Shown: in pieces, positions 1 through 14,294 of the stretch
Layout: every line of letters begins with the position of its first letter
Numbering within the stretch: position 1 is the first letter of the stretch
Assembly: GCA_951406725.2 (NCBI GenBank)
Contig: OX597816.1
Location: 69,254,001-69,318,000, forward strand
Reading direction: 5' to 3'
Length of the DNA stretch: 64,000 nucleotides
Source: Octopus vulgaris
Taxonomy: Eukaryota
Notes under the pieces: generated by a model
Database searches by the model: none
The model's input: only the letters and a program-made list of their open reading frames with translations
What the model was told of the DNA's origin: nothing
Position numbers and translations under genes: made by a program

Positions 1-943
1 TGTAAATGTGTCAAAATTTTAAACTTATTTTCTTTCGAGAGCATCTGAAAAGTCAGCACTTTGCTGTATATTACGTTCTTTGGAAAGCGATATTATGATA
101 TTAATGCAAGCCTGATCCAAGAAGAACAAATGACAATATTTATATAATTGGAAAGTATTACTTTTAGAGAAGGATTGTATATGAATAAATAGACCCAAAT
201 ATATTAGTGGTACATGATTAATTCTGTGATGATGAATCATGAAGCTAATGCATGGGTTTTCAAGTAAGAAATTAATGGTACTTATTCCTGTGTTCTACCA
301 TTTCCCACAATTCCAGCACTTATTGACGTGGACAATAGTCAACATAGAGCATGGAACGAGGGTCGATATTCTGTCAAATTCTCACGATGTGAGTTGCTAT
401 CCAGTTGCTTAAATGTAAATATCATATACGTTAAAAAAACAGCGATTGAACTTTTATAAGGTTGCTAGATTATCTAAAAAAAAGTAACCAATCTAGACCT
501 TCGTATTTCAAACCCTGCTGTATCATACGAGAAATATATCGGACATGACAGCCTTGAAATAATTATGTGAAAATAATATCGGACAGAGGACGCTGGACTG
601 TTTGATTATGGCGCTTCTCGATCGAAAATAATCTGGGATTAAAATATATATCTACGATGTTGAAATCCGTTATGCATTTCCATTACTGTCACAAGAACAC
701 TAAATCTGACAGATTTCATCTAAACCAATATCCAGGAACTAATTTTATTAACTGCCAACGAGTACACAAATATATGTACGTATGCATATAAGTATGAATG
801 CATGTACGTATGCACATATTTTTGTATGTATGTAGGTACGCATGTCTGTGTCACAGTTCATTCCCAATTTACAGTACATGCAGCTATCAATTGCATTATC
901 AGGGAAACTTGTGGAAACAAATATTGCAGAATCCCGTCAGGTC

Positions 944-1007
<64 letters not shown>

Positions 1008-1083
1008 GATAGATTTATGTATGTATATTTGTATGTATGTATCTACCTATGTATGTATGTATGTATGTATGTATGTATGTATG

Positions 1084-1114
<31 letters not shown>

Positions 1115-1122
1115 TTATCTAT
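944..1122 (+). repeat. (TCTA)n/(TATG)n microsatellite
   Basis: Direct reading. Confidence 0.95.
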
Positions 1123-1307
1123 CTCCCAAACATTTTTGAATTGGTAACAAGCGTTTATATAAATTAAATTACTATTTAGTGCTTTATCCCGTATTTCGCT
1201 AGGTTTGGGTAACCGATTAGCACCACTAGTAAAAATTATTTTCATTGGAACCTAACATAGGTAACTAGTTCCATAGTCGGTTTGGAGTTGCATCACTTTC
1301 CAATGTT

Positions 1308-1353
1308 CGGTGTTGATGAGCAGATAATTATTTCGAAATGCAAGCGTCCATCG
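1308..1353 (+). ncRNA. Type-I hammerhead-ribozyme-like motif (degenerate)
   Basis: cggtg-TTGATGA-gcagataattatttc-GAAA-tgcaagcg-TC-catcg. Stems I, II and III can all pair. Core has U at position 3. Confidence 0.5.
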
Positions 1354-2846
1354 ATATGGATAGAGCGCATTTCCCAACTGACCTGATGTTTTTCAACTTT
1401 TCGTCAACATTGGGAATATTATTCCATGACAAAATACAGTGACTGGCATTCTTAATTTGCTACGGTTTTGAATGGGTGTAAATCAAAGTGGCAGTAGTTG
1501 TTTGATAATTGGTGTTATTTTGTGTAGGTTCCTGCAATTGATTTGTTTAGCAAAATGTGGCGGAATGAGTAAGTACCAGACTTAAAATAAATAATAAGGA
1601 TCATTTATCCGACAAAACATTTACTCGCCTACCTGGATGTCTCTTAGTACACCCGCAGTTTAATGACTAAAATATGTAATAGAACAGGGGCATGAAATAA
1701 ATGAAAGTATGTATATAATGTATATACACAAATCAGTTCTCGGATCTTTTCACTTTCCCAGTTCTCTAGAGAATATTTCCTCAAGGCCTTGAAAACTTGT
1801 AGGGGAGGACCTAGTCTGATTGCTTACAGTTGAATGTATTCTGCTAGATGAATTAAAGAAATATGATGGATTTTAAAGTAGTGATGGGTCTGCCCAAGAT
1901 CTCTGAACGTAATTAGCAAGAACAATTACTACAAGCATCACGACCGACGCTCTAACAATCCGATAATTTCATCATCTTGGAATGATATTTTATTTTATAG
2001 TGCTCCGGAGGATGAAAGTTGGGGATCATGTCAGCAGGATATGAAATCAGAACGAAGAGAATCGGAATAAGTAATCCGACGCGTTTTGCGCTACAGTCTT
2101 AGGGTTCATTTTGTTAGTTGCCTAAGCAACACTAGTGACAGCCCCAACATTTTTTATTTTTGTAAATAGGGGTTGGATTAATGAATACAACAGCGTATGT
2201 GGTGTGTAATTGAATTTAGATATCTAAAAGGCGTTATCTAATATATGTACGTATTTTGTCTACCCCGCTATCTTTTTCTGCAATCCACTTCCTTCACCAT
2301 TAACAACCAACAAAAGAGAAAGAAAGGGTGAGAGTTACGTTAAAAAACACTGACATTGTTTTCTCAAATGTAATAACTTTTCTCCAAAGCTGAAAACATT
2401 TATTAATAATGTACGTGATACATTTAATAAAGGCAAGAAAAATAAAGCGTCTCTCACTTTCACTAAAGTTATTAAATGAATAGTTAATATTTTCGTCTGC
2501 AATAACTACGATATTAATCTTGCAAAGTATAGAAAGAAACAAGTAAAAATTAATAACAAGCGCCGAAAAAGCTGTTGATATCACCAAACACAATCTTGGT
2601 AACAAAGTTAGTCATAAGGTCGGCTGCAGAATAGAAAATTGATTAAAAGTCAACCAAATGTGGTTCTGTTCAGTTGGAAGGAAAGCAGAACTGATATATC
2701 TCATTTGAAATTCTTGAGCGTTGCGAATTTTTTTGCGTATTTTTCTGTTGTTTGTTGATGCACGAAGTGTCTTAATTTGTACAGCTTCGTTGAGGACGCG
2801 CATTTCTAATTCAATTATCTATACGGAAGAATGATATTCTTTGTGT

Positions 2847-2893
<47 letters not shown>

Positions 2894-3510
2894 TGTGTGC
2901 GCGCTTTACGGCAGCAATCACAATAAGAGTAAATAAATAAAAAGCAAAAATAAATTATGGATCTTACAAATGTATACGGTTGCTGATATATAAACACACA
3001 CGTAATTGATAGAGAAGAATAGTTGATTATATCAACTGAAGCATTCGATTAGTATTGTTATTTTTCAGGACAAGGTCTTTCTATTCGGGATGTGTATAGC
3101 GATGTAACCGAGAATAACTGAGAGTCCATATTTAAAAAAAAGAAAATAAACTGCGCCGTTAGCAATCGAAACTACAAGCTGTGAAGAATAGTGCAGTCGA
3201 ATATGTTTAGCACACCAATACTCCTGTAGGGATCACATCAAATACTCAATTATGAAGTGCAAACGCAGTCTAGCGGATTTCGAACTCATAACCTAATGGG
3301 ACATTCTAACACTGCAAAACATTTAATTTCACACCCCTCCCAGTACTTATCGCTCTAAAATCATCTTAGAGGATTTTGAAGTATGGAAATGAACAAAAAT
3401 AACCGAATGAAAAACTCAACAACTATTATCTTTCACTATCTGTACTCACTGGGCAGCAACCATACTGGGGAATCGTCTTAAACGGTTTATAACTTTAAAA
3501 AAAGGTTATA

Positions 3511-4432
3511 TTGGGTCATCCCATAAATAATGCGTTATTGTTTTATACTTCTTTTATTTTTCCAAATTAAAATAAAGTTCTTTCTTAATCTAAAATACAC
3601 TCTCCTTCATGTTCTACAATGCTCTTACATCTGTGTGGTAGACTTGCAAGGCTTGTTACAAAATTCACTGGTCCGTGACGAAAATACTCCTCCAGTAATG
3701 TTCTCACCTCGTCTACAGAATTCATACTTTTTCTGTCCTTATGATTTTGAAGACTGCGGAATAAATGATAATCACATGGGCAATGTCCGAAAAATATGGC
3801 AGATGGGGCATCGTTTCCCATTCAAAGTGTTCCACGATTTGGAATGTCATCCCCCACCCTATGTGGTTAGAGATTATCGTGATGGAAGTACACCTTTCAT
3901 TTTGGAACCAGACATGGTCGATTTTCTTCTAGCGTTGACTTGAATGACTGATTGAATGACCAAATCCAAACTTCTCTGCTATTTCCTCAACAGTTACGAT
4001 GGGATTTTGTTCCACCATGGTTTACAGGATGTCCTTTTCGAGCTCTAAATATCTTCCAGGACGAGGCTCGTATTCTAGACTGTAGTTTCCGGCTCGGAAG
4101 TTCTGGAACCACCGTTGACATTGGCTTACGCTTATTGTCCAGTTCCCATACACTGCATTAATATTCCTCACACTCCCATTTACATTGTTGCTTGTATTGA
4201 ACTCACAAATTAAAATATATCAAATATGTTCCTTTGGCACTTCCATTATAGCTTTGAAAAAATAACTGTTAAAATCGAGCTGCACTCTTCCAAACTTGCA
4301 CAATGAATAAGTTCTAGTTAATATTACTACTTGCTTTTATAGCAAGTCAATACAGGTAGTTTATCCTGTCCCCCTACGACTTTTAGTTCATGCAATTTCA
4401 AAAACTGTATTATTTATGAGAGGAGGACCCAA
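3511..4432 (-). mobile_element. Internally deleted mariner (Tc1/mariner) DNA transposon
   Basis: Imperfect TIRs (ttgggtcatcccataaataatgcg / tgtattatttatgagaggaggacccaa) flanked by TA on both sides. ORF 3585-3821 has the mariner C-terminal motif DYHLFRSLQN...LPHRCKSIVEHEGECILD. Confidence 0.9.
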
Positions 4433-4718
4433 TACAAAGTATATAGATTGTGCTATCCAAGTGAAAGGCTTGTCTGGAAAAGTACACCATCCAACATAGT
4501 TTTAATCTACTATAACAACTGATCTTGATATTGACAAAAAATATAGTTAGCTTAGAGTCAACAAAGAAAAACTCCTGCCGTGATGTTCACCATGCCACAT
4601 GTAGCAACTAAATTTCTCTTAAATCATACCCTACCGGAGAAGGGCGACACCTGGAACACACACTCACACCCACATACATACATACATACATACATACATA
4701 CATACATACATACATACA

Positions 4719-4750
<32 letters not shown>

Positions 4751-4790
4751 CACACACATATATATATTTATATATATATATATGTATATA

Positions 4791-4836
<46 letters not shown>

Positions 4837-6089
4837 GTGCTGCTTAAGGAGGAAAAAGCATTAACATTACCGATCAGTGCGCCTTGTGAGGGCACATCGT
4901 CTAGCAATTAGGATGTTGCACTCACGTTCGCAACATAGAGTGTTCAATTCCTGGAACGGGTGAGTCGTCTTACCCGTGAGGAAAACACATCATCTCACAT
5001 TGCTCGCCTATCACTTCGACACCTTATGTGTGGTATAACGTGCACCTACGTTTCAAGCAACGTCAAATTTATGGAGGGATTGAGCTATTGTAAAGCAAAT
5101 ACTATAGTCACTCCAATCAAATAATATTTACAACTTCGTTCTGCAAGAAATTTTAGAACTGTCTTTTCTCGAATTACGAGAGACTGCCATCCTAATTGCG
5201 CCGTATTTGCCTCCAAATTCTTCATCTGAACATTCATAGAAAATATTGATTTACTCAATTGCATATGTTGCTATTTCGGCTATAATATATATTTACAAAG
5301 GATATTACATCGGAGAAGAAAACATGAAAAATTAATTGATATTACGATAGATCTATTTCATACGTATATTTCATTAATGCAATTATAATTTAAAGTTAAA
5401 AGTTTGTAAATACGTTACATCTCTTAAATGTAACAAAAATATAAAGAATCAACCTAATATGCAAATATATTTGATGTGTAGGGAGTGTTAGACAACAAAT
5501 CAAGTTGGTTGACCATTATAGAGTTATTTGACACATATAATGCTTCATGTATTTTTAGACTGCACATCATCATTATTTAGTGAATTCCCATCAACGTATT
5601 ACGATTGATAAGGCTGTTAATCAGTCGAGTATACACACAAGATTTAACACAACAGAAAATAATACATACACAGTCACACAAACACACAGGTTTATGTGTA
5701 TCTGTATATACACATACACACACACACACACACACACTTATATATAGAGAGAGACAGAGAGACAGACAGATACAGAGGAAAAGAGAGAGACAAAGGAAGA
5801 TGGAGTGACGAATAAAACGAATAAAACCGCTTGAATTTAATGTAAAAATACCTATATGTGTAGATGTAAATAGGGAGAAAGCAAAGAATGAAAATTTTCG
5901 ACCAATGAATATTTAAGTACAGATATATTGATATTTATATATAAACAGAGCAAGCTGACAATTAGTACAAAGACACAGAAAATTAAATGGGAGAAGGAAT
6001 GGTGTTGCAAGTCCGACAGCTGTTTCTGGGACATCAGAGTTACTTCATAAAGTTGGTAGATTAGTAAGAAACATATAAGCATCTGATAG

Positions 6090-6450
6090 ATCCGGCCTCC
6101 GTTTTCAGGGTGGAGAAAGGAAAATCTGACATTCCAGATGATGATGTAGGGCAATAAGATATAAAGGAGTCAGTTCAGAAAGATGGTGAGGTGAATGCTG
6201 AGGTTAGGGGGAAAAGTAATAGTATAGTTGGAGAGCAGGGATACAAGTGGTAGGGGTAGGAGGGTAGCACTTAAAAGGTTGTATTGTCTTTGAATAGATG
6301 TTAAAACTGTAGTGGTAGCAGGGGTATAGAACAAAAGGAAATTGAGAAAGTGAGAAAATAGAGGGAAAAGGGTTCAGTTATAGATTCGAGTAGGGTGGCG
6401 GAGAGGCAATTCGAAGAATGAAGGTGGTTGGCGGCGGAGAGGAGGTACCA
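6090..6450 (-). mobile_element. Old LINE 3' remnant (probably CR1/L2 group)
   Basis: Purine-rich block distinct from its flanks. The minus-strand translation loosely resembles a LINE ORF2 C-terminus. Confidence 0.3.
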
Positions 6451-6473
6451 AGTTATGTAGTAATGTATGAGAG

Positions 6474-6630
6474 TAGGCGTGAGAGTGGTTGTGTGCTAAG
6501 TACCTTGCTTACCAACCACATGGTCCGGGTTCAGTCCAACTGCGTGGCACCTTGGGCAAGTGTCTTCCACTATAGCCACGAGCCGACCACAACCTTGTGA
6601 GTGGATTTAGTAGACAGAAAATGAAAGAAG
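6474..6630 (+). mobile_element. tRNA-derived SINE with CORE-like domain (octopus OK-like)
   Basis: ggcgtgagagtggttgtgtg...ggttcagtcc...caccttgggcaagtgtctt. Related copies at ~36480-36810(-), 41635-41790(-), 53240-53390(+) and 63290-63600(-). Confidence 0.75.
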
Positions 6631-7276
6631 GTAAATAGCCAACTGATTCGACAACAGAAACTCATGCAACAACAGAATCTTTCTGCCATCGTTGTTTTGG
6701 TACACTGCCAATAAAATTAAGTTGACAAAGAGCAACAGATTATCGTATGTATAAACAATTTAAACAAGAGGGAAAATTTGATAGAAGGGATCACAAAACT
6801 TGAAGTGATTCTTAGCGCAATCCGACGTTTCGCGCTAACTTCAAACGCTCGATAGAACACAACCCATCCATATCCATGACAACCTTTACAAAATTCAAAA
6901 AGCTATGTGTCCCTTTCTACGGTGTCCAGAGCTGTGATCAGGAACCTTGGCATGACTAGATATGTTTGACGATGCCGTCACATCTCAGCAGCCAAGATCA
7001 AAGCAATCAGGGCCGAGAGATACCCAAAGCTTCTGTCATGCATCAAGCATCAAAGTGCATGAAAAACTCTCGTGTTAGTGCATGAGAAGTCCACTGTATA
7101 TATAATTGAAAAATCGCGTGTAGAAAATACAACTAGATCTCGTAATGCAGAGAAATGCTTGCATAATCACGCCTGTAGAACCAATTCTACTGATTAAAAA
7201 ATAAATTTCCAACCGTGCCCCTTCTTGTTAACTCCAATTTTGTCAGAACAGAATATAACATAACTATATATGTGTG

Positions 7277-7694
<418 letters not shown>

Positions 7695-8616
7695 TATATA
7701 TATATGGAGAGAGAGAGAGAGAGAGGGAGAGAGAGATAGAGATAGAGATGTAAAGAGGAAATGAAAAGAAGACACACATATATTTGCAAATTTAGGAATA
7801 TGCACAAGGACACGTACATAAAACACACAGTCACATTCAAAACCAACATTATAACACATACAATAATCACACCGAAACCTCGCCAACCACGTACCAAGCT
7901 AATGAAATGCCATGATATTACATGCGAGATATGAATTTAAAATGCACAGGAAAGTCTATTAAAGAACAAATAAAAAGTTTACAATGTGATAATGCAATGT
8001 AATTGGAACGCAGAAAAATACCAGATAAAATTAATAACTTACTTGATAAGTAAAATCAGATTTAAATATTAGTGTTAATTGATCCAATCACATAAAAAAG
8101 TATTAATTCTTTGGATTATACAAACAAAGCTAATTCAAAATCCTTACATTTTGAGACGTGCCCTATAACATTTGCGATCGTAGCTGATTAAGACTTTCTA
8201 GTCAACATATATTCATTCTTTCTAGTCAACACATACGCGACTACCTGCGAAATTTCCAAAGCGATTAGACTTATGAACACTCTCACTTATAATTTGTGTA
8301 TGTAACACATTTTCAACTCTACTTAACAACTAATATATACCTGGGGATACATGTAATTATTCTCTCATCATCTGCTCATTTCCTTTATATATTCTTTGAA
8401 GAAATGTTTGTTTTATTGTCTATTTCTCAACTACTCGGACTGCTTGTATGGCTGGGGACGTTTGACGTTTCAATATATGTATAAGAGGTACATGGACAAC
8501 TGCGTATGTCAGAATTTAAATTTATGTGTTCACGTATGTTTGTGTGTCAATATGCGCTAATACATGCGTTTTAAACATAGAATGCATTATAGCATTGGAA
8601 ACATATCCATCTCTGT

Positions 8617-8654
<38 letters not shown>

Positions 8655-8898
8655 TTATATAAATTTGTTGCATAAGATATGGATTCAGAGAATCATACGG
8701 ATTAGAGTGTGGTCTACACTTTAGCCTCTTGAATGCCTAAGAGGCTCACTCGCTATAATGTAAGAACTACATATAGATGTCTCGCTGAATCGCTGAAAGA
8801 TTTTCCTTCCCGCAACAGGTTGCCAAGTGATATAAGAAAGATATTCATCTTGCACCTCTCCTAACTTTTATAGTTTATAAACTACACTCTCTCACTCG

Positions 8899-8945
<47 letters not shown>

Positions 8946-9029
8946 TTACCATACACACAACAAACAATGTGAAAGTGACCGGGATTTACCAGTAACCTAG
9001 CAGGTATAAAACATCCATTCTATTATCTA

Positions 9030-9210
9030 ATAATCCTTTCTACAATTGAAAAGACACAAGGCCTGAATGTTGGGGGAGGGAAATAGTCGGTCACATCTAC
9101 CCCAATGTTTCACTGGTACCTATTTTATCGATTGCGAAAGGATGAAAGTCGACCCTGGGGGCGTTTGAAATCAGTACGTAGAGACGGACGAAATACCGCT
9201 AAGCATTATC
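9030..9210 (-). mobile_element. Decayed Nin-domain-like SINE
   Basis: Reverse complement of the family at 11706-11940. Confidence 0.65.
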
Positions 9211-9282
9211 TAACAACAACAACAACAACAACAATAATAATAATAAGAAGAAGAAGAGGAACAACAACAACAACAACAACAA

Positions 9283-9348
<66 letters not shown>

Positions 9349-9350
9349 TA

Positions 9351-9403
<53 letters not shown>
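9211..9403 (+). repeat. (ACA)n/(AAT)n microsatellite
   Basis: Direct reading. Confidence 0.95.
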
Positions 9404-9406
<3 letters not shown>

Positions 9407-9617
9407 GATAGCCCTGATGCAGTATCAGGCTGTGGCTCTCGTTGCTTCTGATCTTAACTGATTGGAAGTTTTATCATGTACAGTCAACAACAAATCCCTA
9501 CTTAAATAGACAACGATATGAAAAAGTTTGATTTTAAATGAGTTAACAGTTACTCCCAGCTCGTGATATATAGTTACATATGGCTTGATCAAATCCGTGG
9601 ACCAAATTACAATCTAA

Positions 9618-9668
<51 letters not shown>

Positions 9669-9875
9669 TTTATGTTCAGTTTTAATACAAGCAATTTTAC
9701 ATTAATCTGATGGATTACTCTATACTTTTGAAAAGTACACATTTTTTATTCTTAAACAAAAAATTTGTTGGAAGTAAGTAGGCAGCTTCGACCGTGGCTT
9801 AGATGGCACCCAAACTTCAAGGTGACTGTCAGCAAGATTCTTGTTTAAAAATTATACATATATATATATATATTT

Positions 9876-10610
9876 ATAAGTTCAGCAAAAATTAGATTCA
9901 AATGAATATGGTACTTCATTTAGATGCACCAGAATTTTCTATGGTGTTATCCATAAAAATCCGTGGGGTGATTATAATCAAAATAAGCAACAAGAATGAC
10001 TCCGGTAATTTGGTACGATCGTTTCGCACTACATCATTTTATTAAATGTTGTAAGTATTACAACAGATTTAAGATGCTGAGTACTCATCAGCCAATTATA
10101 CAGGTTTTCCATTAATACAAAAATTTTCAAATCACGTGGCAACATTATAGAGAAGGTAGATATACAGACAAATATGTGGATTTAAATTTTAAGAACATAT
10201 GAGGCAATGAAGTCCTTCGACTGACTGACTAAGATATGGTTGTTCCTGACTGCTGTAAGGTTAGAAGCAATAAAAAAGCAATAAAAGATTTTAAAAAGCA
10301 ATAAAAAAATATTTATTGCTTCTAACCTTACAGCAGTCAGGAACAACCATATCTTAGTCAGTCAGTGGAAGGACTTCACTACCTCATATGTTCTTAAAAT
10401 TAAAATCCACATCTTTGTCTGTATATCTACCTTCTCTATAATGTTGCCACTTGATTTGAAAATTTTTGTATTAATGGAAAACCTGTATAATTGGCTGATG
10501 AGTACTCAGCATCTTAAATATGTTGTAATACTTACAATATTTAATAAAATGATGTAGTACGAAACGATCGTACCAAATTACCGGAGTCATTCTTGTTACT
10601 TATTTTGAGT
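9876..10610. mobile_element. Penelope-like fold-back element with hammerhead motif in each arm
   Basis: Near-perfect inverted arms ~9977-10274 and ~10312-10608. The left arm has an extra ~100 nt. (TA)n lies at both ends. Confidence 0.8.
10488..10580 (+). ncRNA. Type-I hammerhead ribozyme, canonical core
   Basis: ttgg-CTGATGA-gtact...(long stem II)...agtac-GAAAC-GATC-GTA-ccaa. Predicted cleavage after A10572. Mirror copy on the minus strand at ~10005-10098. Confidence 0.8.
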
Positions 10611-10620
10611 ATATATATAT

Positions 10621-10674
<54 letters not shown>

Positions 10675-10768
10675 ATATAAATCAACAACAATAACAGTAA
10701 TAGCAATAATGATGATAATAATAATGATAATAATAATAATGATAATAATAATAATAATAATAATAATA

Positions 10769-10799
<31 letters not shown>

Positions 10800-10827
10800 T
10801 GATGATGATGAGGATGATAATAATAAG

Positions 10828-11010
10828 CAAAAGCTACCTTTATCAAAGAAAAAATAGCAGAAACATCCAATGTTAAGCTTGACCAACAGAATGCCATAAA
10901 GGCGTTAGAACCAGCGGAGCGCTATAAATACCTAGAGGTATTTAAATGTAATGGAATCAAGCATTCAAGGATGCTGGGAAGGATCAGAAGAGAATGCTAT
11001 CACAGGTTAA
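10828..11010 (+). mobile_element. R4/Dong-like non-LTR retrotransposon RT C-terminal fragment
   Basis: Translates to KATFIKEKIAETSNVKLDQQNAIKALEPAERYKYLEVFKCNGIKHSRMLGRIRRECYHRL (YKYLG-type motif). It abuts a long (TAA)n tract, the known Dong target. Confidence 0.6.
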
Positions 11011-11705
11011 ATCCACCGGCCCATAACTCGTTGCCGAGGATCCGCACCGGCATCGATCTCGGGACCGTACTGCTACCTGGCGGCCCCAACCTTGGATTAA
11101 TTCTGAATCTAATTTAAAGCTTATTTGGACAATGCTAGTGGTATATTGTGGACATTGTGCAAATAAAGATTCAGTATTTTCAACCCGTCCCATTAATCAC
11201 TAACAGTCATATATAGAGGGTTCATTTATAAAACAGCGTGTCGTACGAGATGACATGCGTGTATTGTGTACAGTGAATCAATTTATTGACTTATTTTAAA
11301 CAGAATACCTGCTATTATACTACCAAACCACTATTATATCTCTTCGTCTTTTACGGAAATTGATATGTGTCAAGTATGCTTTTAAACTTGTCAAACAGCT
11401 TGATTTGTTTTATAAACATGCATACTTCACTTAACGTCGGATATATTTTGCCTATAAAACTTGAGTCTGTGTATTTTCGTAGCCATGACAATATCTTTCA
11501 ACGACCATAAAACTGTTGTAAAACTCGCCTAATATTACATCGTTGAATCACATTAAGCATTGAAAATTGAAAATAAATCAATGATATTGTTTTCCGATTG
11601 TTTTTAATTATGTGTTTGCATACACGTTTTTCTGTGCATGCGCACACATTTGTGTGTGAGTGCGCACGTGCGTGTGTTTATCAACGTACATGTGCGCATC
11701 TATAG

Positions 11706-11940
11706 AGGCGGCGAGCTGGCAGAAACGTTAGCGTGTCGGGCGAAATGCTTACCGGTATTTCGTCTGTCGTTACGTTCTGAGTTCAAATTCCGCCGAGGTC
11801 GACTTTGCCTTTCATCCTTTCGGGGTCGAGAAATAAAGCACCAGTTTCGCACTGGGGTCGATGTAATCGACTTGTCTGTCCTTGTTTATCTGTCCTTGTT
11901 TGTCCCCTCTATGTTTAGCCCCTTGTGGGCAGTAAAGAAA
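11706..11940 (+). mobile_element. tRNA-derived SINE with Nin-like central domain
   Basis: ggcggcgagctggcagaaacgttagc...gagttcaaattccgccgaggtcgactttgcctttcatcctttcggggtcga...gtaaagaaa. More than 10 related copies in the window. Confidence 0.85.
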
Positions 11941-12487
11941 TATATATGTGCGCATCTATATAAATATATGTATATATGTATATAAATGTATAAAGGGAGA
12001 TACACAAACAATCGTAGGTATATGGAATACAGTTATATAAGTTGTTGCATATTCATAACTTTAAAGCTGTTTCAAAGCATCTTGTAAATAATGAATATTA
12101 TTACACATTTTACGTAATTAGGTTATCTTACTGAAAAGCATATTAGGAACCATAATGCCCATATACGTGAACCTTGTATAAGCACTTTCGTGCTTCTGAA
12201 TCCGCTACGTCATATTCAAATACAAAGGAAGGAATAAATGCCGAAACTAAATAGTGACAGCGTAAAATTGGGAGAAGAAAGAGAGACATAAAATAGAAAA
12301 AGAGCAGCTGTTGTAAAAAGCATGATAGATATGCGATATTATATGAAATCAGTATCAGCTCAGAAGAACTATCTGAATATGAAATCAATCAACGTTGAAA
12401 CGAGTGTATGTTTCCATTTCAAATGAGGATGATGATGTACATATGCAATGTGTGTATCAATTATATATATGTATATATATAAATAAA

Positions 12488-13005
12488 CGTCGGCAAGCCG
12501 ACAGAATCGTTAGTACGTCGGGCGAAATGCTTAGCGGTATTTCGTCTGCCGCTACGTTCTGAGTTCAAATTCCGCCGAGGTCGATTTTGCCTTTCAGCCT
12601 TTCGGGGTCGATTAAATAAGTACCAGTTACGTACTGGGGTCGATATAATCGACTTAATCCATGTACATGTCCTTGTTTGTCCCCTCTATGTATAGCTCCT
12701 TGTGTGCAGTAAAGAAATAGGTATTTCGTCTGTCTTTACGTTCTGAGTTCAAATTCCGCCGAGGTCGACTTTGCCTTTCATGTGTGTGTGTGTATGTGTG
12801 TGTGTGTGTGGTTGTCCCCCACCCAACATCGCTTGACAACCGATGGTGGTGTGTTTACGTCCCCGTAACTTAGCGGTTCGGCAAAAGAGACCGATAGAAT
12901 AAGTACTAGGCTTACAAAGAATAAGTCCTGGGGTCGATTTGCTCGACTAAAGGCGGTGCTCCAGCATGGCCACAGTCAAAATGACTGAAACAAGTAAAAG
13001 AGTAA
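12488..13005 (+). mobile_element. Nin-like SINE with partial tandem copy, followed by the 3' half of another SINE
   Basis: The unit restarts at gtatttcgtctg (12721). The block ends in the tail ggcggtgctccagcatggccacagtcaaaatgactgaaacaag. Confidence 0.8.
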
Positions 13006-13335
13006 GACAGGAAGAAAAAGAAGAAAAAAGAAAAATATTTTTTTATTAAGAGAAAGTAATATTGATAGTATGAGACCGGTAGAGGAAAATTGCATTAGAG
13101 CGCGGGAATGGTACAAGACAAAAGAAAGAAAAATGAACACAAGAGAAATTATCTGTGCCAGTGCTTTACTCAACAGATCAGGGCACTCACTGAGTTATAC
13201 TCATTAGTCCCAAATTTAACACAAATACGCGCGTGCTCGCACGGACGTTCACATACATTAATATAAACGTATATAGAGTATAATTCCTTATATACAGACG
13301 TGTATATATACATATAAAACATTTTATATATTTAT

Positions 13336-13409
<74 letters not shown>

Positions 13410-13429
13410 AATGTATGTATTCATTACAG

Positions 13430-14294
13430 ATATAGGGTAAAAAATTATTAATTTATAATTAATAAATTTCACCAAGTAGTTTCGGTATGGAAAGGAGCCA
13501 TATTCGGTAAGAACTTATACAAGAAGTTTTATATATAGTTATAACAATAATTAAAGTTTTTGCTTAACCACATACCGAAAAAATTAGAAATATCAGCCAA
13601 AAGACCGTTATTTCTTTTCGCTACAAAATATGACTCCGCAGATAACTCACACAGGCAAAAAAGAAAGAAAATAATGAAATCAGTCTTCGGTTAATTATGG
13701 ACGCGTTTCTGGATTAGAATTATAAAACTCATTTCCTTATCAACATAATATTCCGCTAGTTATAAATTAGAAGATGCTAGAAAACTTACCCTTTGCATTT
13801 CTGACCAAGCGACGTCAGAACATTACACAAGGTAGTTAGCATATCCGAATTTATATAGACGAGTGAAATTCATATTTCCCAGCGGATCTATTTTCTGCAG
13901 TACTGTCTCGTGACGCACATGGTGAAAAATCGGGGGAAATATGAATTTCACTTGTCTATATAAATTCGGATATGCTAACTGCCTTGTGTGATGTTCTGAT
14001 GTCGCTTGGTCAGAAATGCAAAGGGTAAGTTTTCTAGCACCTTCTAAGTTATAACTATCGGAATATTATGTTGATAAGGAAATGAGTTCTATAATTCTAA
14101 TCCAGAAACGCGTCCATAATTAACCGAAGACTGATTTCATAACTTTCCTTCTTTTTTGCCTGTGTGAGTTACAGAGAATGTTATCTATGGAGTCATATTT
14201 TGTAGCGAAAAGAAATAACGTTCTTTTGGCTGCTATTTCTAATTTTTTCGGTATGTGGTTAAGCAACTTGTTGCTAAACCCTTAATTATTGTTA

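Larger units (their letters stand above)
30..2810 (-). pseudogene. Decayed Toll-like receptor pseudogene 1 (LRR...TIR)
   Basis: LRR-like peptides in ORFs 2612-2803 (MRYISSAFLPTEQNHIWLTFNQFSILQP) and 2300-2605 (ISTAFSALVINFYLFLS; ITYIINKCFQLWRKV). Also PTSFQGLEEI ~1770-1810 and ILSWNNIPNV ~1405-1440. Juxtamembrane-like RWQLIKLVPGYWFR ~720-760. TIR-like NWIATHIVRI*QNIDPRSMLYVDYCPRQ*VLELWEMVEHRNK ~280-410. Many stops and frameshifts. Confidence 0.6.

Noticed and set aside
1-270. TIR-like peptide on the plus strand
   Set aside because: The minus-strand reading matches TIR box order better and is collinear with the upstream minus-strand LRRs
1240-1390. LRRCT-like peptide GNALYPYRWTLAFRNNYLL...SYLC*VP on the minus strand
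   Set aside because: The same bases form a hammerhead-like motif on the plus strand and are probably an inserted repeat, so I did not use them as TLR evidence
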